The notes under the pieces were generated by a model. It had not been told where the DNA came from and ran no database searches. It saw only the letters and a program-made list of their open reading frames with translations. Below, one piece after another: positions 28,298 through 39,433 of a DNA stretch of 64,000 nt. Location: positions 51,562-115,561 of the forward strand of contig UQSH01000001.1 in NCBI GenBank assembly GCA_900543795.1, in the 5' to 3' direction. Every line of letters begins with the position of its first letter. Position 1 is the stretch's first letter. This stretch comes from an uncultured Oscillospiraceae bacterium (GTDB lineage: Bacteria > Bacillota > Clostridia > Oscillospirales > Acutalibacteraceae). The position numbers and the translations under genes are program-made.

Positions 28298-30796
28298 ATG
28301 AAATCAACCATTTCCGTTGCTCAGGCAAAGAAAATGATAGATGATAAATTAAGCCACTTTTTCGGCGTAAGTCCCGAAACGGCTTCAATTGAGCAGTATT
28401 ATAAGGCTGTTTCAATGATTGTGCGTGATGAGCTTCAAGCGGCAAGCAGTGATTTTCGCCACATCGCAAAGGGACAGGATTCCAAAACGGTTTATTATTT
28501 GTGTATGGAATTTCTTATGGGCCGTTCACTTAAAAATAATCTTTATAATCTTGGCTTAACAGAGGTTTTCAACGAAGCGCTTAAAGGCTTTGATGTCAGC
28601 ATTGAAAAGCTTTATGAGCAGGAGCCCGATGCCGGTCTCGGAAACGGCGGTCTTGGCAGACTTGCCGCATGCTATCTTGACGGCCTTGCAACAAACGGCT
28701 TTCAGTCGATGGGCTATTCAATCAGATACGAAGCAGGCATCTTCAAGCAAAAGCTTGTTGACGGCTGGCAAACAGAGCTTCCCGATTTCTGGCTTCCCGG
28801 CGGAGATGTTTGGCTTGTTCCGAGAGAGGAAAGAGCAGTTGAGGTTAAGTTTGAAGGCTGGGTTGACGATAGTTGGGACGGAGATTATCATCATGTTGAG
28901 CAGCGTGATTGCAACAGTGTAACAGCTATTCCTTATGATATGTATGTTTCCGGTGCAGGCAAGGGTGTTTCAAGGCTTCGCCTTTGGGCTTCCCGCAAGC
29001 CCGAGCTTGATATGAGCCTCTTTAACCAAGGCTCGTTTATCAAGGCTATGGAGCAGTCTGCTATGGCAGAGGCAATTTCAAAGGTTCTTTATCCTGCTGA
29101 TAATTCTCCTGAGGGTAAATCCCTTCGCTTGCGTCAGCAGTATTTCCTTGTTTCTGCTTCAATTCAGGATATTATTCAGCGCCATTTAACTAAATACGGC
29201 ACACTTGATAATCTTCCCGAAAAGGTTGCAATTCATATTAATGATACTCATCCAACCATGGCAATCCCCGAGCTTATGAGAATAATGCTTGATGAATGCG
29301 GCTATGGATGGGATGATGCTTGGAGCATTGTTACAAAAACAGTTGCTTACACAAACCATACCGTTATGAAGGAGGCGCTTGAATGCTGGAGCGAGGAGCT
29401 TTACAGCAGACTTCTTCCTCGTATTTACCAAATCACAAAGGAAATTGATAACCGTTTCCGTGCTTATGTTTGGGGAGTAACCCATGATGCCGATAAGGTT
29501 GAAAGAATGGCAATCGTTTCGGGCGGAGTAGTTCGCATGGCAAATCTTTGTGTTGCAGGCTCACACAGTGTAAACGGTGTTTCTGCGCTTCATTCGGAAA
29601 TTCTTAAAGAAACTGTTTTTAACGATTTTTATACAATCACTCCCGATAAATTCACTAATGTAACAAACGGTATTGCATTCAGAAGATGGCTTTGTCAGGC
29701 TAACCCTGCGTTAACAAAATATATTACAGAGCTTATCGGCGATGGCTTTATCACAAAGAGTGATGAGCTTATTAAGCTCCGTGATTTCAAGGATGATAAG
29801 CAGGTGCTTGCCGATTTAGCTGAAATCAAGCGTCAAAATAAGGTTCGCTTTGCAGAGCTTGTTAAGAAAAGAAACGGCGTTGAAATTAATCCCGATTCAA
29901 TTTTTGATGTTCAGGTTAAAAGACTTCATGAGTATAAGCGCCAAAGCCTTAATATTCTTAATATAATTGCAGAATATCAAATGATTAAGGCAAACCCAAG
30001 CGTTGATTTTGAGCCCAGAACATATATCTTTGCTTCAAAGGCAGCTCCCGGCTATTATATGGCGAAGAAAACCATTGAGCTTATAGACGCACTTTCAAAG
30101 CTTATTAATAACGATCCCGATGTAAACGGAAAAATCAAGGTTGTGTTTATGGAGGATTATAATGTAAGTCTTGCAGAGGTTCTTATGCCTGCCGCTGATA
30201 TTTCCGAGCAGATTTCTCTTGCCGGAACAGAGGCATCGGGCACGGGAAATATGAAGCTTATGCTTAACGGAGCAATAACCCTCGGCACACTTGACGGCGC
30301 AAATGTTGAAATTGCGCAGGCTGTTGGCAATGATAATATTATCATATTCGGTATGAAAACTCCCGAGGTTCAGCAGCTTCAAAGAGACGGCTATTATCCG
30401 ATGAATTATATTAATAATAATCCTGCTCTCAAGGGTGTTATTGATTTTCTTAATATGGGCGTTAACGGTAAATCCTTTGGCGAGATAACATCAAGCCTTA
30501 TGAATGTTGATCCGTATATGGCACTTGCCGATTTTGCGGATTATCAAAAGGCACAGGCATTTTCCGCTGAGGTTTACAGGGATAAAGAGCGCTTTGCAAG
30601 AATGTCGCTTATGAATATAAGCGGCGCAGGTGTGTTCAGTGCAGACCGTTCGATTATGGATTATGCAAACAATATTTGGCACACAAAGCCGGTTCAGTTT
30701 CCCGAGGAAGCAAAAAAGCCGGTAAATGCAGAGGGTGCTTCCGTAAAAAAAGCGCAGAAAAAAACTGCTTCAAAAAAGAAAACGGCTAAAAAATAA
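28298..30796 (+). CDS. glgP: glycogen/maltodextrin phosphorylase
   Basis: GGAGG RBS. GT35 signatures (ACYLDGLAT, EASGTGNMK pyridoxal-phosphate site). C-terminal Lys-rich tail. Confidence 0.9.
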   Translation: MKSTISVAQAKKMIDDKLSHFFGVSPETASIEQYYKAVSMIVRDELQAASSDFRHIAKGQDSKTVYYLCMEFLMGRSLKNNLYNLGLTEVFNEALKGFDVSIEKLYEQEPDAGLGNGGLGRLAACYLDGLATNGFQSMGYSIRYEAGIFKQKLVDGWQTELPDFWLPGGDVWLVPREERAVEVKFEGWVDDSWDGDYHHVEQRDCNSVTAIPYDMYVSGAGKGVSRLRLWASRKPELDMSLFNQGSFIKAMEQSAMAEAISKVLYPADNSPEGKSLRLRQQYFLVSASIQDIIQRHLTKYGTLDNLPEKVAIHINDTHPTMAIPELMRIMLDECGYGWDDAWSIVTKTVAYTNHTVMKEALECWSEELYSRLLPRIYQITKEIDNRFRAYVWGVTHDADKVERMAIVSGGVVRMANLCVAGSHSVNGVSALHSEILKETVFNDFYTITPDKFTNVTNGIAFRRWLCQANPALTKYITELIGDGFITKSDELIKLRDFKDDKQVLADLAEIKRQNKVRFAELVKKRNGVEINPDSIFDVQVKRLHEYKRQSLNILNIIAEYQMIKANPSVDFEPRTYIFASKAAPGYYMAKKTIELIDALSKLINNDPDVNGKIKVVFMEDYNVSLAEVLMPAADISEQISLAGTEASGTGNMKLMLNGAITLGTLDGANVEIAQAVGNDNIIIFGMKTPEVQQLQRDGYYPMNYINNNPALKGVIDFLNMGVNGKSFGEITSSLMNVDPYMALADFADYQKAQAFSAEVYRDKERFARMSLMNISGAGVFSADRSIMDYANNIWHTKPVQFPEEAKKPVNAEGASVKKAQKKTASKKKTAKK

Positions 30797-30858
30797 TAAA
30801 TAAAATGAAAGACGGCAAGGGCATAAAAATTAAAATGTCCTTGCCTGTGTAATATTTT

Positions 30859-32709
30859 ATGCAGATATTCAATTCACGAAAAAAAGAATATAAATCGCAG
30901 ATAAGCGCAATTGCCGTTGATGAAAGGGTTAAATTCAGGCTTATCGTTCCAAGGTGTATTAAATGCTCTTGTGCCAAGCTTGCCGTTTTTAAGGACGGTG
31001 AAAGCACTGTTTATTATAATATGTTTTGGGCGGGAATGTGCGGAGAAAGCCACGAGTTTTGGGAAATTCATTTTTCTGCAACAACCGCCGGTCTTTATTT
31101 TTATCATTTTGAGCTTGAAACGCCTTGGGGAAATTCGCTCGTTAAAAATGTCGGCAACGGCGAGGGCGAGTTGAATGCAGAGGGAACGGAATTTCAGCAA
31201 ACCGTTTATGAAAAGGATTTCAAAACTCCCGATTTTCTTAAAGGCGGTTTGATATATCAGATTTTTCCCGATAGGTTTTATAACAGTAAAACCCCTAAGA
31301 AAAATGTTCCCGAGGACCGTGTTATGCGCAAATGGGGTGAGGAGCCCTATTGGCATGAAAGCCAAATGAACGGCGTTTGGAACAATGATTATTTTGGCGG
31401 AGATTTAAAGGGTGTTGAGGAAAAGCTTGAATATCTTTCGAGCCTCGGCGTTTCCTGCATTTATCTTAATCCGATTTTTGAAGCCCATTCAAACCACAGA
31501 TATGATACTGCCGATTATGAAAAAATCGATTCGTTGCTCGGCGATGAAAATGATTTGAAAAGCCTTTGCGAAAAGGCGCACGGGCTCGGCATCTCTGTTA
31601 TATTAGACGGCGTTTTCAGCCACACCGGCTGCGATTCAAAATATTTTAATATGTATAAGCGTTATAACACCGTTGGAGCGTATAACAGTAAAAGCAGTCC
31701 TTATTTCAGCTGGTATAAGTTCACCGATTATCCAAACGGATATAAAAGCTGGTGGGGGATTAAGCTTCTTCCCGAGGTGTCAGAGGAGGATGAGGACTAT
31801 CGCGAATATATTTGCGGTAAAAACGGTATTTTGCGAAGGTGGCTTCGCCTCGGTATAAGCGGCTGGCGGCTTGATGTTGCAGATGAGCTTCCCGATGTTT
31901 TTCTTGATGATTTGCGCAATGCAGTTAAGGAGGAAAACGAAAACGCAGTTATTATCGGCGAGGTTTGGGAGGATGCAACAAATAAATTCGCTTACGGCGA
32001 AAGAAGAAGGTATCTTCTCGGAGGTCAGCTTGATTCCGTTATGAATTATCCGTTTGCAGACGCAATTTTGAATTATGTTAAATTCGGCAATGCACAGGCA
32101 TTTATGTCCGCAATTATGAGCATTATTGAAAATTATCCGCCATGCGTTGTCAATGTTCTTATGAACCATATCGGCACTCACGACACGGAGCGTGCAATAA
32201 CCCGTCTTGCAGGCGAAAGCGCACAGGGCAAGGATCGCTCGTGGCAGCACAGTCATAATCAGCTTTCCGATTATGATTATTTGAAAGGCGTTTCAATGAT
32301 GAAGCTTGCAAGCCTCATTCAATATACCCTTCCCGGCGTTCCGTCGCTATATTACGGCGACGAAGCAGGTATGCAGGGAATGAAGGATCCGTTTAACCGT
32401 GCGTGCTTCCCGTGGGATAATATAAATAAAGAGCTTTATAGATGGTATAAGCGCCTCGGCGAAATAAGAAGGGGCTGCAAGGCGTTTAGGGAGGGCTCGT
32501 TCGAGCCGCTTTATGCCGCAGACAGCGTAGTTGCTTATGTCAGAAGAAGCAATGAAAACAGTGTTTTAACTGCCGTAAACAATTCCGAGCAGGAGATTTA
32601 TATACCCGTTGGCGAGGAATGGGATAATTCATATAGCTTCTTTGAGTTCTCCTCAAAAAACGGCATATTAACCCTCCCGCCGTATCAGTTCGCCCTGCTT
32701 TCAAAATAA
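30859..32709 (+). CDS. GH13 alpha-glucosidase (neopullulanase/cyclomaltodextrinase-type, with N-terminal Ig-like domain)
   Basis: Conserved GH13 regions DGVFSHTG, GWRLDVADE and EVWE, plus NHIGTHD-type region. Confidence 0.8.
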   Translation: MQIFNSRKKEYKSQISAIAVDERVKFRLIVPRCIKCSCAKLAVFKDGESTVYYNMFWAGMCGESHEFWEIHFSATTAGLYFYHFELETPWGNSLVKNVGNGEGELNAEGTEFQQTVYEKDFKTPDFLKGGLIYQIFPDRFYNSKTPKKNVPEDRVMRKWGEEPYWHESQMNGVWNNDYFGGDLKGVEEKLEYLSSLGVSCIYLNPIFEAHSNHRYDTADYEKIDSLLGDENDLKSLCEKAHGLGISVILDGVFSHTGCDSKYFNMYKRYNTVGAYNSKSSPYFSWYKFTDYPNGYKSWWGIKLLPEVSEEDEDYREYICGKNGILRRWLRLGISGWRLDVADELPDVFLDDLRNAVKEENENAVIIGEVWEDATNKFAYGERRRYLLGGQLDSVMNYPFADAILNYVKFGNAQAFMSAIMSIIENYPPCVVNVLMNHIGTHDTERAITRLAGESAQGKDRSWQHSHNQLSDYDYLKGVSMMKLASLIQYTLPGVPSLYYGDEAGMQGMKDPFNRACFPWDNINKELYRWYKRLGEIRRGCKAFREGSFEPLYAADSVVAYVRRSNENSVLTAVNNSEQEIYIPVGEEWDNSYSFFEFSSKNGILTLPPYQFALLSK

Positions 32710-32720
32710 TATTAAAATAA

Positions 32721-32757
32721 AAAAACGACTGATTCCGCAATGGATTCAGTCGTTTTT
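32721..32757. terminator. bidirectional terminator between convergent genes
   Basis: CGACTGATTCC-gcaat-GGATTCAGTCG (one mismatch) with A-run 5' and T-run 3'. Confidence 0.55.
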
Positions 32758-32772
32758 GATATTTGTGTTGCA

Positions 32773-34368
32773 TTAATGCTCGTCGGAGAGGACTGCGTGG
32801 GCACATTTGATTCCGTCAACGGCGGCTGAAACAATTCCGCCGGCATATCCCGCACCCTCTCCGCAGGGATAAACTCCGCTGATGTTGCATTGGCAGAATT
32901 CATCACGCAAAATACGAACGGAGCTTGAGCTTCTTGTTTCCGGAGCGGTTAAAACCGCATCATACATATTAAAGCCGTTGAGCTTTTTATCCATCTCAAC
33001 TATTGCCGATTTCATCGTCTGCGAAACCTTATCAGGCAGGCACGCATCTAAATTTGTTAAGGTAACTCCCGTTGGGCAGGTTGGATTAACACTGCCGAGT
33101 GCCGTGCTTGCCTGTCCTTTCAGAAAATCGCCCACAAGCTGAGCAGGTGCCGTGTAATCCGCTCCTGCAAGCTCAAATGCCTTGTGCTCTATTTCACGCT
33201 GATAGTATATTCCTGCAAGCGGATGCTCGCTCGGAAAATCCTTTGGTTCTATGCCAACGAGCAGAGCACTGTTTGCGTTTTCTCCGTCTCGTGCAAGACT
33301 GCTCATTCCGTTAACTATAACGCCCTCTTTTTCACTTGCGGCGGCAACAACCGTTCCGCCCGGACACATACAAAAGGTGTATGCTCCTCTTTCGTGTAAG
33401 CCGTGGCAGGAAAGCTTATAATCTGCCGCACCGAGCTTTTCGTTGCCTGCAAATTTTCCGTATTGCGCCTTGTTAATTAGGCTTTGCGGATGCTCAATTC
33501 TTGCGCCGACGGAGAATGGCTTTTGTATAATTTCAACGCCTAAATTATAAAGCATTTCAACCGTGTCTCTTGCGCTGTGCCCAATTGCCATTATAACGCA
33601 ATCCGCTTCCTCGTCTATTAGCTCTCCGTTATGAGAATATGTTATTCCCTGAACGAATTTGTTGTAAACAATCAGTTTTTCAAGCTTACATTCAAGGCGC
33701 ACCTCTCCGCCCAGGGCTTCAATCTTTTTGCGTATGCGTTTAACAACAACAGCAAGCCTGTCTGTTCCTATATGAGGCTTCGAGGAATAAAGAATTTCCT
33801 CGGGCGCGCCTGCCTCGTAAAGCTCGTTTAGCACCTTTCTGATGAATGGGCTTTTTATTCCCGTTGTCAGCTTTCCGTCGGAAAATGTGCCTGCGCCGCC
33901 TTCGCCGAACTGAACATTTGATTCCTCGTTCAATTTGCGCTTTGTCCAAAATTCATTAACATCCTTTTGTCTTTCGTCAATGCCTTTTCCCCGTTCAAGT
34001 ATAATCGGGCGCAATCCTGCCTCGGCAAGAATTATACCTGCAAGCATTCCCGCAGGACCGAAGCCGACTATAACGGGCCTGTATTTTGAAATGCGTTTGT
34101 TTTCCGGCAGCTCATAAATATAAGGCTTAACAAGAGTGATTTTCCCCGTTTTGCATTTTGCAACAATCTGCTCCTCGTCAAGCAGTATTTCAACATCAAC
34201 CGAATAGGAGAAATGAATATCGTCCTTTTTTCTTGCGTCAACGCTTTTTTTATAAATTGTAAGCGATTTGATATATTTTTGATTTATGTGAAGCGCCTTT
34301 GCCGCTTTCCTTTTAAGCTCGCCTTCCTCCTCGTTGAGAGAAAGCCTTATTTCGTTAATTCTTATCAT
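32773..34368 (-). CDS. FAD-dependent oxidoreductase (COG2509-type uncharacterised flavoprotein)
   Basis: Rossmann motif VIVGFGPAGMLAG. 531 aa. Confidence 0.55.
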   Translation of the reverse strand: MIRINEIRLSLNEEEGELKRKAAKALHINQKYIKSLTIYKKSVDARKKDDIHFSYSVDVEILLDEEQIVAKCKTGKITLVKPYIYELPENKRISKYRPVIVGFGPAGMLAGIILAEAGLRPIILERGKGIDERQKDVNEFWTKRKLNEESNVQFGEGGAGTFSDGKLTTGIKSPFIRKVLNELYEAGAPEEILYSSKPHIGTDRLAVVVKRIRKKIEALGGEVRLECKLEKLIVYNKFVQGITYSHNGELIDEEADCVIMAIGHSARDTVEMLYNLGVEIIQKPFSVGARIEHPQSLINKAQYGKFAGNEKLGAADYKLSCHGLHERGAYTFCMCPGGTVVAAASEKEGVIVNGMSSLARDGENANSALLVGIEPKDFPSEHPLAGIYYQREIEHKAFELAGADYTAPAQLVGDFLKGQASTALGSVNPTCPTGVTLTNLDACLPDKVSQTMKSAIVEMDKKLNGFNMYDAVLTAPETRSSSSVRILRDEFCQCNISGVYPCGEGAGYAGGIVSAAVDGIKCAHAVLSDEH

Positions 34369-35464
34369 TTTTATATTCTTCCGTAATCGTATTTGCAGCG
34401 GCTATTCCCGAATGAAATGCAAAGTCAAGATTGAAGCCTCCGCATTCAAACTGTTTGTCAAGAATTTCTCCGCATATATAAAGACCTTTAACCTTTTTGG
34501 ATTTAAAGCCGTTAACCTCATCAAGAGGTATTCCGCCCGAGGCTATCTGTGCAAAATCAAAGCCCTTTGTTCCTGTTATTATGAGCCGCCAGCCCTTTGC
34601 AATTGCAGACGCCTTTTTTAAATCTCCGTCTGACTGCTTTATTATAATATCGGAAAGCTTTGTTCCGAGTATTCCCTTTAAATCTCCAAACCGTTCAAGA
34701 TAGGATAAGATTTCCTCGTTGCTCATTTCGGGTATAAGGTCAATAACAGCCGTGCAACGAGCCGATTTCTTTTTTGAAAGCGCCTTCGAAAACACACACG
34801 ATAGATTCATAACGGCTATGCCCGAAAGGCCGTAATCCGTAAATAGCACCTCGCCGTATTCGCTTTTTACTATTTCACCGTCTATCTCGGCTGAAACAAG
34901 GCATTTTGTTCTTGTGCCTTTAATCATCCTCGGATATTTGCTTGAAGAGATAAGCTGAACAAGAGCGGGGTAAACGGGTGTAACGCTGTGTCCCAAGCTC
35001 TTCAAAATTTCATATCCGCTGCCGTTTGAGCCTAAATTGCTTTGCGCACAGCCTCCCGTGCAAACGATAACTCTGTTTGCCTTGAATAATCCCTTGCTTG
35101 TGTAAACATTAAGGTGTTTATCTATTCTTTCCGCTGTGCATTGAGTTATTATTTTTATTCCGAGCTTATCACATTCGCGAAGCAAAACAGAGGCAACTGT
35201 TTCCGCTTTAAGAGAATATGGATAAACTCTTTCCTCTTCCTCACGAAGCATTAAGCCCAATGAGGCAAAAAACTGCGAAACCTCTTTATAGCTTTTTGCC
35301 TTCGTGTTTGTTAGGTTGCATCTTCCGTTGCCTGTTGCAAGAAGCTTTTTGCACGGAGCGTCAAGCCTTTCAATAACGGTAACATCAGCACCCTCAATAT
35401 TCCTTTTTAACTGAATTGCAGCGGCAAGTCCAGAGGCGGACGCACCTATGATAATTGCGGTCAT
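34355..35464 (-). CDS. HI0933/BaiN-like NAD(P)/FAD-binding flavoprotein
   Basis: IIGASASGLAAA plus a GNGRCNLTN motif typical of the HI0933 family. Confidence 0.65.
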   Translation of the reverse strand: MTAIIIGASASGLAAAIQLKRNIEGADVTVIERLDAPCKKLLATGNGRCNLTNTKAKSYKEVSQFFASLGLMLREEEERVYPYSLKAETVASVLLRECDKLGIKIITQCTAERIDKHLNVYTSKGLFKANRVIVCTGGCAQSNLGSNGSGYEILKSLGHSVTPVYPALVQLISSSKYPRMIKGTRTKCLVSAEIDGEIVKSEYGEVLFTDYGLSGIAVMNLSCVFSKALSKKKSARCTAVIDLIPEMSNEEILSYLERFGDLKGILGTKLSDIIIKQSDGDLKKASAIAKGWRLIITGTKGFDFAQIASGGIPLDEVNGFKSKKVKGLYICGEILDKQFECGGFNLDFAFHSGIAAANTITEEYKNDKN

Positions 35465-35683
35465 AATAACTCCAAAGCACTATATATATGATTTGTTTTT
35501 TATATAATATAATAAAATAGAAATAAATGCAAATTTTTTTTGAAATGCACTTGACGGATTGAAGCGGATGTGGTATATTATCCATACCTCTAAAAGGGGG
35601 TAAATTTTTTTTGCCCTTTTTTTATAAGAGCTAATGCTCGTGAGGGAGATTTAAAATATCGAAAGAAAAACGGAGGTGCCGAA

Positions 35684-35833
35684 ATGAGAGTTAAAGTTAC
35701 TTTAGCTTGCACTGAATGCAAACAACGCAATTACAACACAATGAAAAACAAGAAGAATACTCCGGACAGGCTTGAAATGAATAAGCACTGCCCATTCTGC
35801 AAAAAGCATACTCTTCACAGAGAAACGAAATAA
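35684..35833 (+). CDS. rpmG: 50S ribosomal protein L33
   Basis: 49 aa [57 protein letters not shown]. Below the ORF-track cutoff. Confidence 0.85.
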   Translation: MRVKVTLACTECKQRNYNTMKNKKNTPDRLEMNKHCPFCKKHTLHRETK

Positions 35834-35845
35834 CGGAGGATAGAG

Positions 35846-36208
35846 ATGGCTGAAAAAAAGACTTCAAGCGCCGAAGAGCAGAAAAAGTCTGCCAAGGCTC
35901 CTAAGAAAAAGTCCCCAAAGAAAAATCCGTTTAAATCAGCTGCAAAATTCTTTAAAGGCGTAAACACAGAACGCAAAAAGGTTGTTTGGCCAACTGCGAA
36001 GGAAACGATTAAAAACACAGTTATCGTTCTTATTGTTGTTATTATTGTCGGCGTAGCAATTTACGGTGTTGATACTCTTCTTTCACTCGGTATGAAAGGT
36101 ATTAAAAGCCTTAAAGAAACAACAACTGTCAGCCAAACCGTAGAAGATACAACTGAAAGCGCTCTTGAAGAAGCAACTTCGCAAGAAGCAGATCAAACAG
36201 CAGAGTAA
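35846..36208 (+). CDS. secE: preprotein translocase subunit SecE (with extended C-terminal tail)
   Basis: FFKGVNTERKKVVWPTAKET followed by a single TM helix. Sits in the conserved rpmG-secE-nusG context. Confidence 0.75.
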   Translation: MAEKKTSSAEEQKKSAKAPKKKSPKKNPFKSAAKFFKGVNTERKKVVWPTAKETIKNTVIVLIVVIIVGVAIYGVDTLLSLGMKGIKSLKETTTVSQTVEDTTESALEEATSQEADQTAE

Positions 36209-36238
36209 GCTGTAAATCTATTTACGGAGGCTCTTTTA

Positions 36239-36763
36239 ATGGATGAAGCAAAATGGTATGTTGCCCACACCTTTTCGGGCTACGAAAATAAGGTTGCAAG
36301 CAACATTCAAACCGTTGTTGAAAACAGAAATCTTCATGATTTAATTCAAGAGGTTTCCGTTCCGACTGAAACGGTTGTTGAAATAAAGGATGACGGAACA
36401 AAAAAGGAAGTAGAAAGAAAAATATTTCCCGGTTATGTTCTTGTTAAAATGGTTATGAACGACGATACATGGTATGTTGTTCGCAACATAAGAGGCTGCA
36501 CGGGCTTCGTTGGCCCCGAAAGCAAGCCTGTTGCTCTCACAGAGGAAGAGGTTAAAAAGCTCGGTGTTGACAAGGTCAGCGTTGAGGTTTCCTATCAGGC
36601 GGGCGATCTTGTTAATGTTATTGACGGACCGCTTGACGGCTTCTCGGGAACTGTTGAAAGCGTTGATGTTAACAACAACAGCGTTCAGGTAACCATTTCA
36701 ATGTTCGGCCGTGAAACATCGGTTGAATTCGAGCTCGATCAGCTTGAAAAAGCAGAAAATTAA
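36239..36763 (+). CDS. nusG: transcription termination/antitermination factor NusG
   Basis: KWYVAHTFSGYENKV NGN domain and C-terminal KOW. Confidence 0.9.
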   Translation: MDEAKWYVAHTFSGYENKVASNIQTVVENRNLHDLIQEVSVPTETVVEIKDDGTKKEVERKIFPGYVLVKMVMNDDTWYVVRNIRGCTGFVGPESKPVALTEEEVKKLGVDKVSVEVSYQAGDLVNVIDGPLDGFSGTVESVDVNNNSVQVTISMFGRETSVEFELDQLEKAEN

Positions 36764-36862
36764 TTTTTGGTAATTCGCAGTATATCTGCTTATTATGCAC
36801 CTTACGGTGCGTGGGAGGGGATTGCTTCCCCGCCAAACCACAATTTTTAGGAGGAAATAATT

Positions 36863-37288
36863 ATGGCTCAAAAGGTAGTAGGTTTAATTAAACTTCAAAT
36901 CCCTGCAGGCAAAGCAACTCCGGCACCGCCGGTAGGACCTGCACTCGGTCAGCATGGTGTAAACATCATGGCATTCACAAAGGAATTCAATGAAAGAACC
37001 AAGAATGACGCAGGACTTATCATTCCTGTTGTTATTACGGTTTTTGAAGACCGTTCATTCACATTCGTAACAAAAACTCCGCCTGCGGCAGTTCTTATTA
37101 AAAAGGCTTGCGGAATCGACAAGGCTTCCGGCGTTCCTAATAAGAATAAGGTTGCAACAATCACAAAGGCTCAGGTTCAGCAGATTGCAGAAACCAAAAT
37201 GCCCGATCTCAACGCAGCTTCTCTTGAAGCGGCAATGAGCATGATTGCAGGAACCGCACGCAGTATGGGTATCGTTGTAGAGGACTGA
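36863..37288 (+). CDS. rplK: 50S ribosomal protein L11
   Basis: [25 protein letters not shown] signature. Confidence 0.95.
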   Translation: MAQKVVGLIKLQIPAGKATPAPPVGPALGQHGVNIMAFTKEFNERTKNDAGLIIPVVITVFEDRSFTFVTKTPPAAVLIKKACGIDKASGVPNKNKVATITKAQVQQIAETKMPDLNAASLEAAMSMIAGTARSMGIVVED

Positions 37289-37335
37289 TTCCCGTGTGGG
37301 AGGAAAAATCCGATTAACCACTGGAGGTATTTATT

Positions 37336-38043
37336 ATGAAACACGGAAAGAAATATACAGACGGCGCAAAGCTTGTTGACCGTTCAAAATTATATGAAAG
37401 TGCACAAGCACTTGAACTTGCAGTTAAAACTGCAAATGCAAAGTTCGATGAAACAATCGAGGTTCATATCCGTTTAGGCGTTGACTCCCGCCATGCCGAT
37501 CAACAGGTTCGCGGTGCAGTTGTTCTTCCAAACGGAACAGGTAAGGATGTAAGAGTTGCCGTTTTTGCAAAGGGCGATCTTGCAAAGGCTGCTGAGGAAG
37601 CAGGCGCAGATGTTGTTGGCGATGCAGACCTTGTAACTAAAATTCAGGGTGGCTGGATGGATTTTGATGTTGCCATCGCAAGCCCTGATATGATGGGATT
37701 CGTTGGTCGTTTAGGTAAGGTTCTTGGTCCTCGCGGACTTATGCCTTCTCCGAAAGCAGGCACAGTAACAATGGATGTTGCAAAGGCTGTAACAGAAGCA
37801 AAGGCAGGTAAGATTGAATATCGTCTTGATAAGGCTAATATCATTCACTGCCCAATCGGTAAGGCTTCATTCGGAACAGATAAGCTTCTTGAAAACTTCA
37901 ACGCTCTTCTTGATGCAGTTATTAAGGCAAAGCCTGCCGCTGCAAAGGGTCAGTATATCAAATCCTGCGCAGTAGCGTCAACTATGGGCCCCGGCATTCG
38001 CATCAATCCTAACAAGGTTGGTTCGGCTGCCGTTGCAGAATAA
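37336..38043 (+). CDS. rplA: 50S ribosomal protein L1
   Basis: 235 aa L1 fold, conserved order rplK-rplA. Confidence 0.95.
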   Translation: MKHGKKYTDGAKLVDRSKLYESAQALELAVKTANAKFDETIEVHIRLGVDSRHADQQVRGAVVLPNGTGKDVRVAVFAKGDLAKAAEEAGADVVGDADLVTKIQGGWMDFDVAIASPDMMGFVGRLGKVLGPRGLMPSPKAGTVTMDVAKAVTEAKAGKIEYRLDKANIIHCPIGKASFGTDKLLENFNALLDAVIKAKPAAAKGQYIKSCAVASTMGPGIRINPNKVGSAAVAE

Positions 38044-38302
38044 TTTATTAAGGTATTGACAAGGCTTTTGTCTTGTGGTAAAATACATTCGCTGTTCAGC
38101 CAAAGACAGTAGGTGCCGTATGGCGTAAGATAGAAATATCGCCTGCCGAGGAATGAGCATTTTAAGCATATATAAATTGTTTTATATATAGTTATAAAAA
38201 TGTGTGTGCATTCCAAGGCTTTTTGGAATGCACTTTTTATTTTTGGAAAACAGCCATAAAGCCCTTTGAGCTTCAAAGGCAAATAATTATGGAGGTAAGA
38301 TT
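38044..38302 (+). ncRNA. ribosomal protein L10 (rplJ) leader with attenuator hairpin
   Basis: Structured 5'UTR between rplA and rplJ, including GTGCATTCCAAGGC-tttt-TGGAATGCAC followed by a T-run (38200-38245). Position and architecture match the L10 autoregulatory leader of Firmicutes. Confidence 0.5.
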
Positions 38303-38887
38303 ATGCCAAGCACAGTAGTTCTTGAAAAGAAACAGGCTCAGGTTGCTGCCCTTGCAGAAAGAATTAAGGGCTCAATCGCAGGCGTTGTTGTTGACTACAA
38401 GGGTATCAATGTTGAAGATGATACAAAGCTTCGTAAAGAGCTCCGTGAAGCAGGTGTTGAATACACCGTTATTAAGAACTCAATTCTTAAAAGAGCAGCA
38501 GACGAAGCAGGTCTTTCAGGTCTTGATGATGTTCTTGAAGGCACAACTGCTATCGCAACCTGTGCAGACGATTATGTTGCTTCTGCCCGCATTCTTCAAA
38601 AATATGCAGACGGCCATGATAATTTCAGTGTAAAATCAGGCTATCTCGACGGCGAAGTAATCAGCGTTGAAAAGATTGCATCACTTGCAAAGCTTCCGTC
38701 AAGAGAAGTTCTTCTTGCAACTGTTTGCAGCGTATTCAACGCACCTATCGCAGCATTTGCCCGTGCAGTTCAGGCAATTGTTGACAAAGGCGGTGTTGAG
38801 GCTTGTGAGCCAACAGAGGCTCCGGCTGAGGAAGCACCCGCTCAAACAGCAGAGGCTCCTGCTGAGGAAGCAGCTGCAACAGAATAA
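38303..38887 (+). CDS. rplJ: 50S ribosomal protein L10
   Basis: L10 fold with Ala/Glu-rich C-terminal extension. Confidence 0.9.
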   Translation: MPSTVVLEKKQAQVAALAERIKGSIAGVVVDYKGINVEDDTKLRKELREAGVEYTVIKNSILKRAADEAGLSGLDDVLEGTTAIATCADDYVASARILQKYADGHDNFSVKSGYLDGEVISVEKIASLAKLPSREVLLATVCSVFNAPIAAFARAVQAIVDKGGVEACEPTEAPAEEAPAQTAEAPAEEAAATE

Positions 38888-38927
38888 TTAAAAAAATTAA
38901 CTAAAAAATTTTACGGAGGAAATCAAA

Positions 38928-39305
38928 ATGGCATCAGAGAATGTAACAAAAATTGTTGAAGAGCTTAAAGCTCTCACAGTTCTTGAGCTTTCAGAGCTCG
39001 TATCAGCAGTAGAAGAAGAATTCGGCGTAAGCGCAGCAGCAGCAGTTGCAGTTGCAGCACCGGCAGAAGGCGGCGCAGCAGCAGCTGAAGAGAAAACAGA
39101 GTTTGATGTTGTTCTTAAAGATGTTGGTCCTAACAAGATTCAGGTTGTTAAGGCTGTTAAGGAAGCAACAGGTCTTGGTCTTAAAGAGGCTAAGGAGCTT
39201 GTTGACGGTGCTCCTTCAACTCTTAAAGAAGCAGTTCCAACAGCAGACGCTGAGGCTCTTAAAGCTAAAATTGAGGAAACAGGCGCAACTGTTGAGCTCA
39301 AATAA
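38928..39305 (+). CDS. rplL: 50S ribosomal protein L7/L12
   Basis: Ala-rich hinge and C-terminal [11 protein letters not shown]...KA.IEE.GA.VE.K. Confidence 0.9.
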   Translation: MASENVTKIVEELKALTVLELSELVSAVEEEFGVSAAAAVAVAAPAEGGAAAAEEKTEFDVVLKDVGPNKIQVVKAVKEATGLGLKEAKELVDGAPSTLKEAVPTADAEALKAKIEETGATVELK

Positions 39306-39328
39306 TTCTATTTCCATAATTAAAATCA

Positions 39329-39355
39329 GCATCCGCAAAAGCGGATGCTTTTTTT
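39329..39355 (+). terminator. rho-independent terminator after rplL
   Basis: GCATCCGC-aaaa-GCGGATGC followed by TTTTTTT. Confidence 0.7.
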
Positions 39356-39433
39356 GTATAAAAAGCCGTTATTGACAAAGGAATAGCTAAATTTTATAAT
39401 GTAATTAATAATTCTTTTATGAGAGATTTTGTT

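Noticed and set aside
38322-39375. ORFs of 74-109 aa overlapping rplJ/rplL in alternative frames (38322-38633, 38667-38891, 39046-39375, 38897-39136 minus)
   Set aside because: Low-complexity translations from alternative frames of Ala/Glu-rich ribosomal protein genes. No RBS. The same applies to the many antisense ORFs inside large genes (e.g. 760-1005, 977-1288, 7405-7779, 22793-23023, 26154-26501, 39787-40374, 42626-43297, 46734-47279, 54496-55029).
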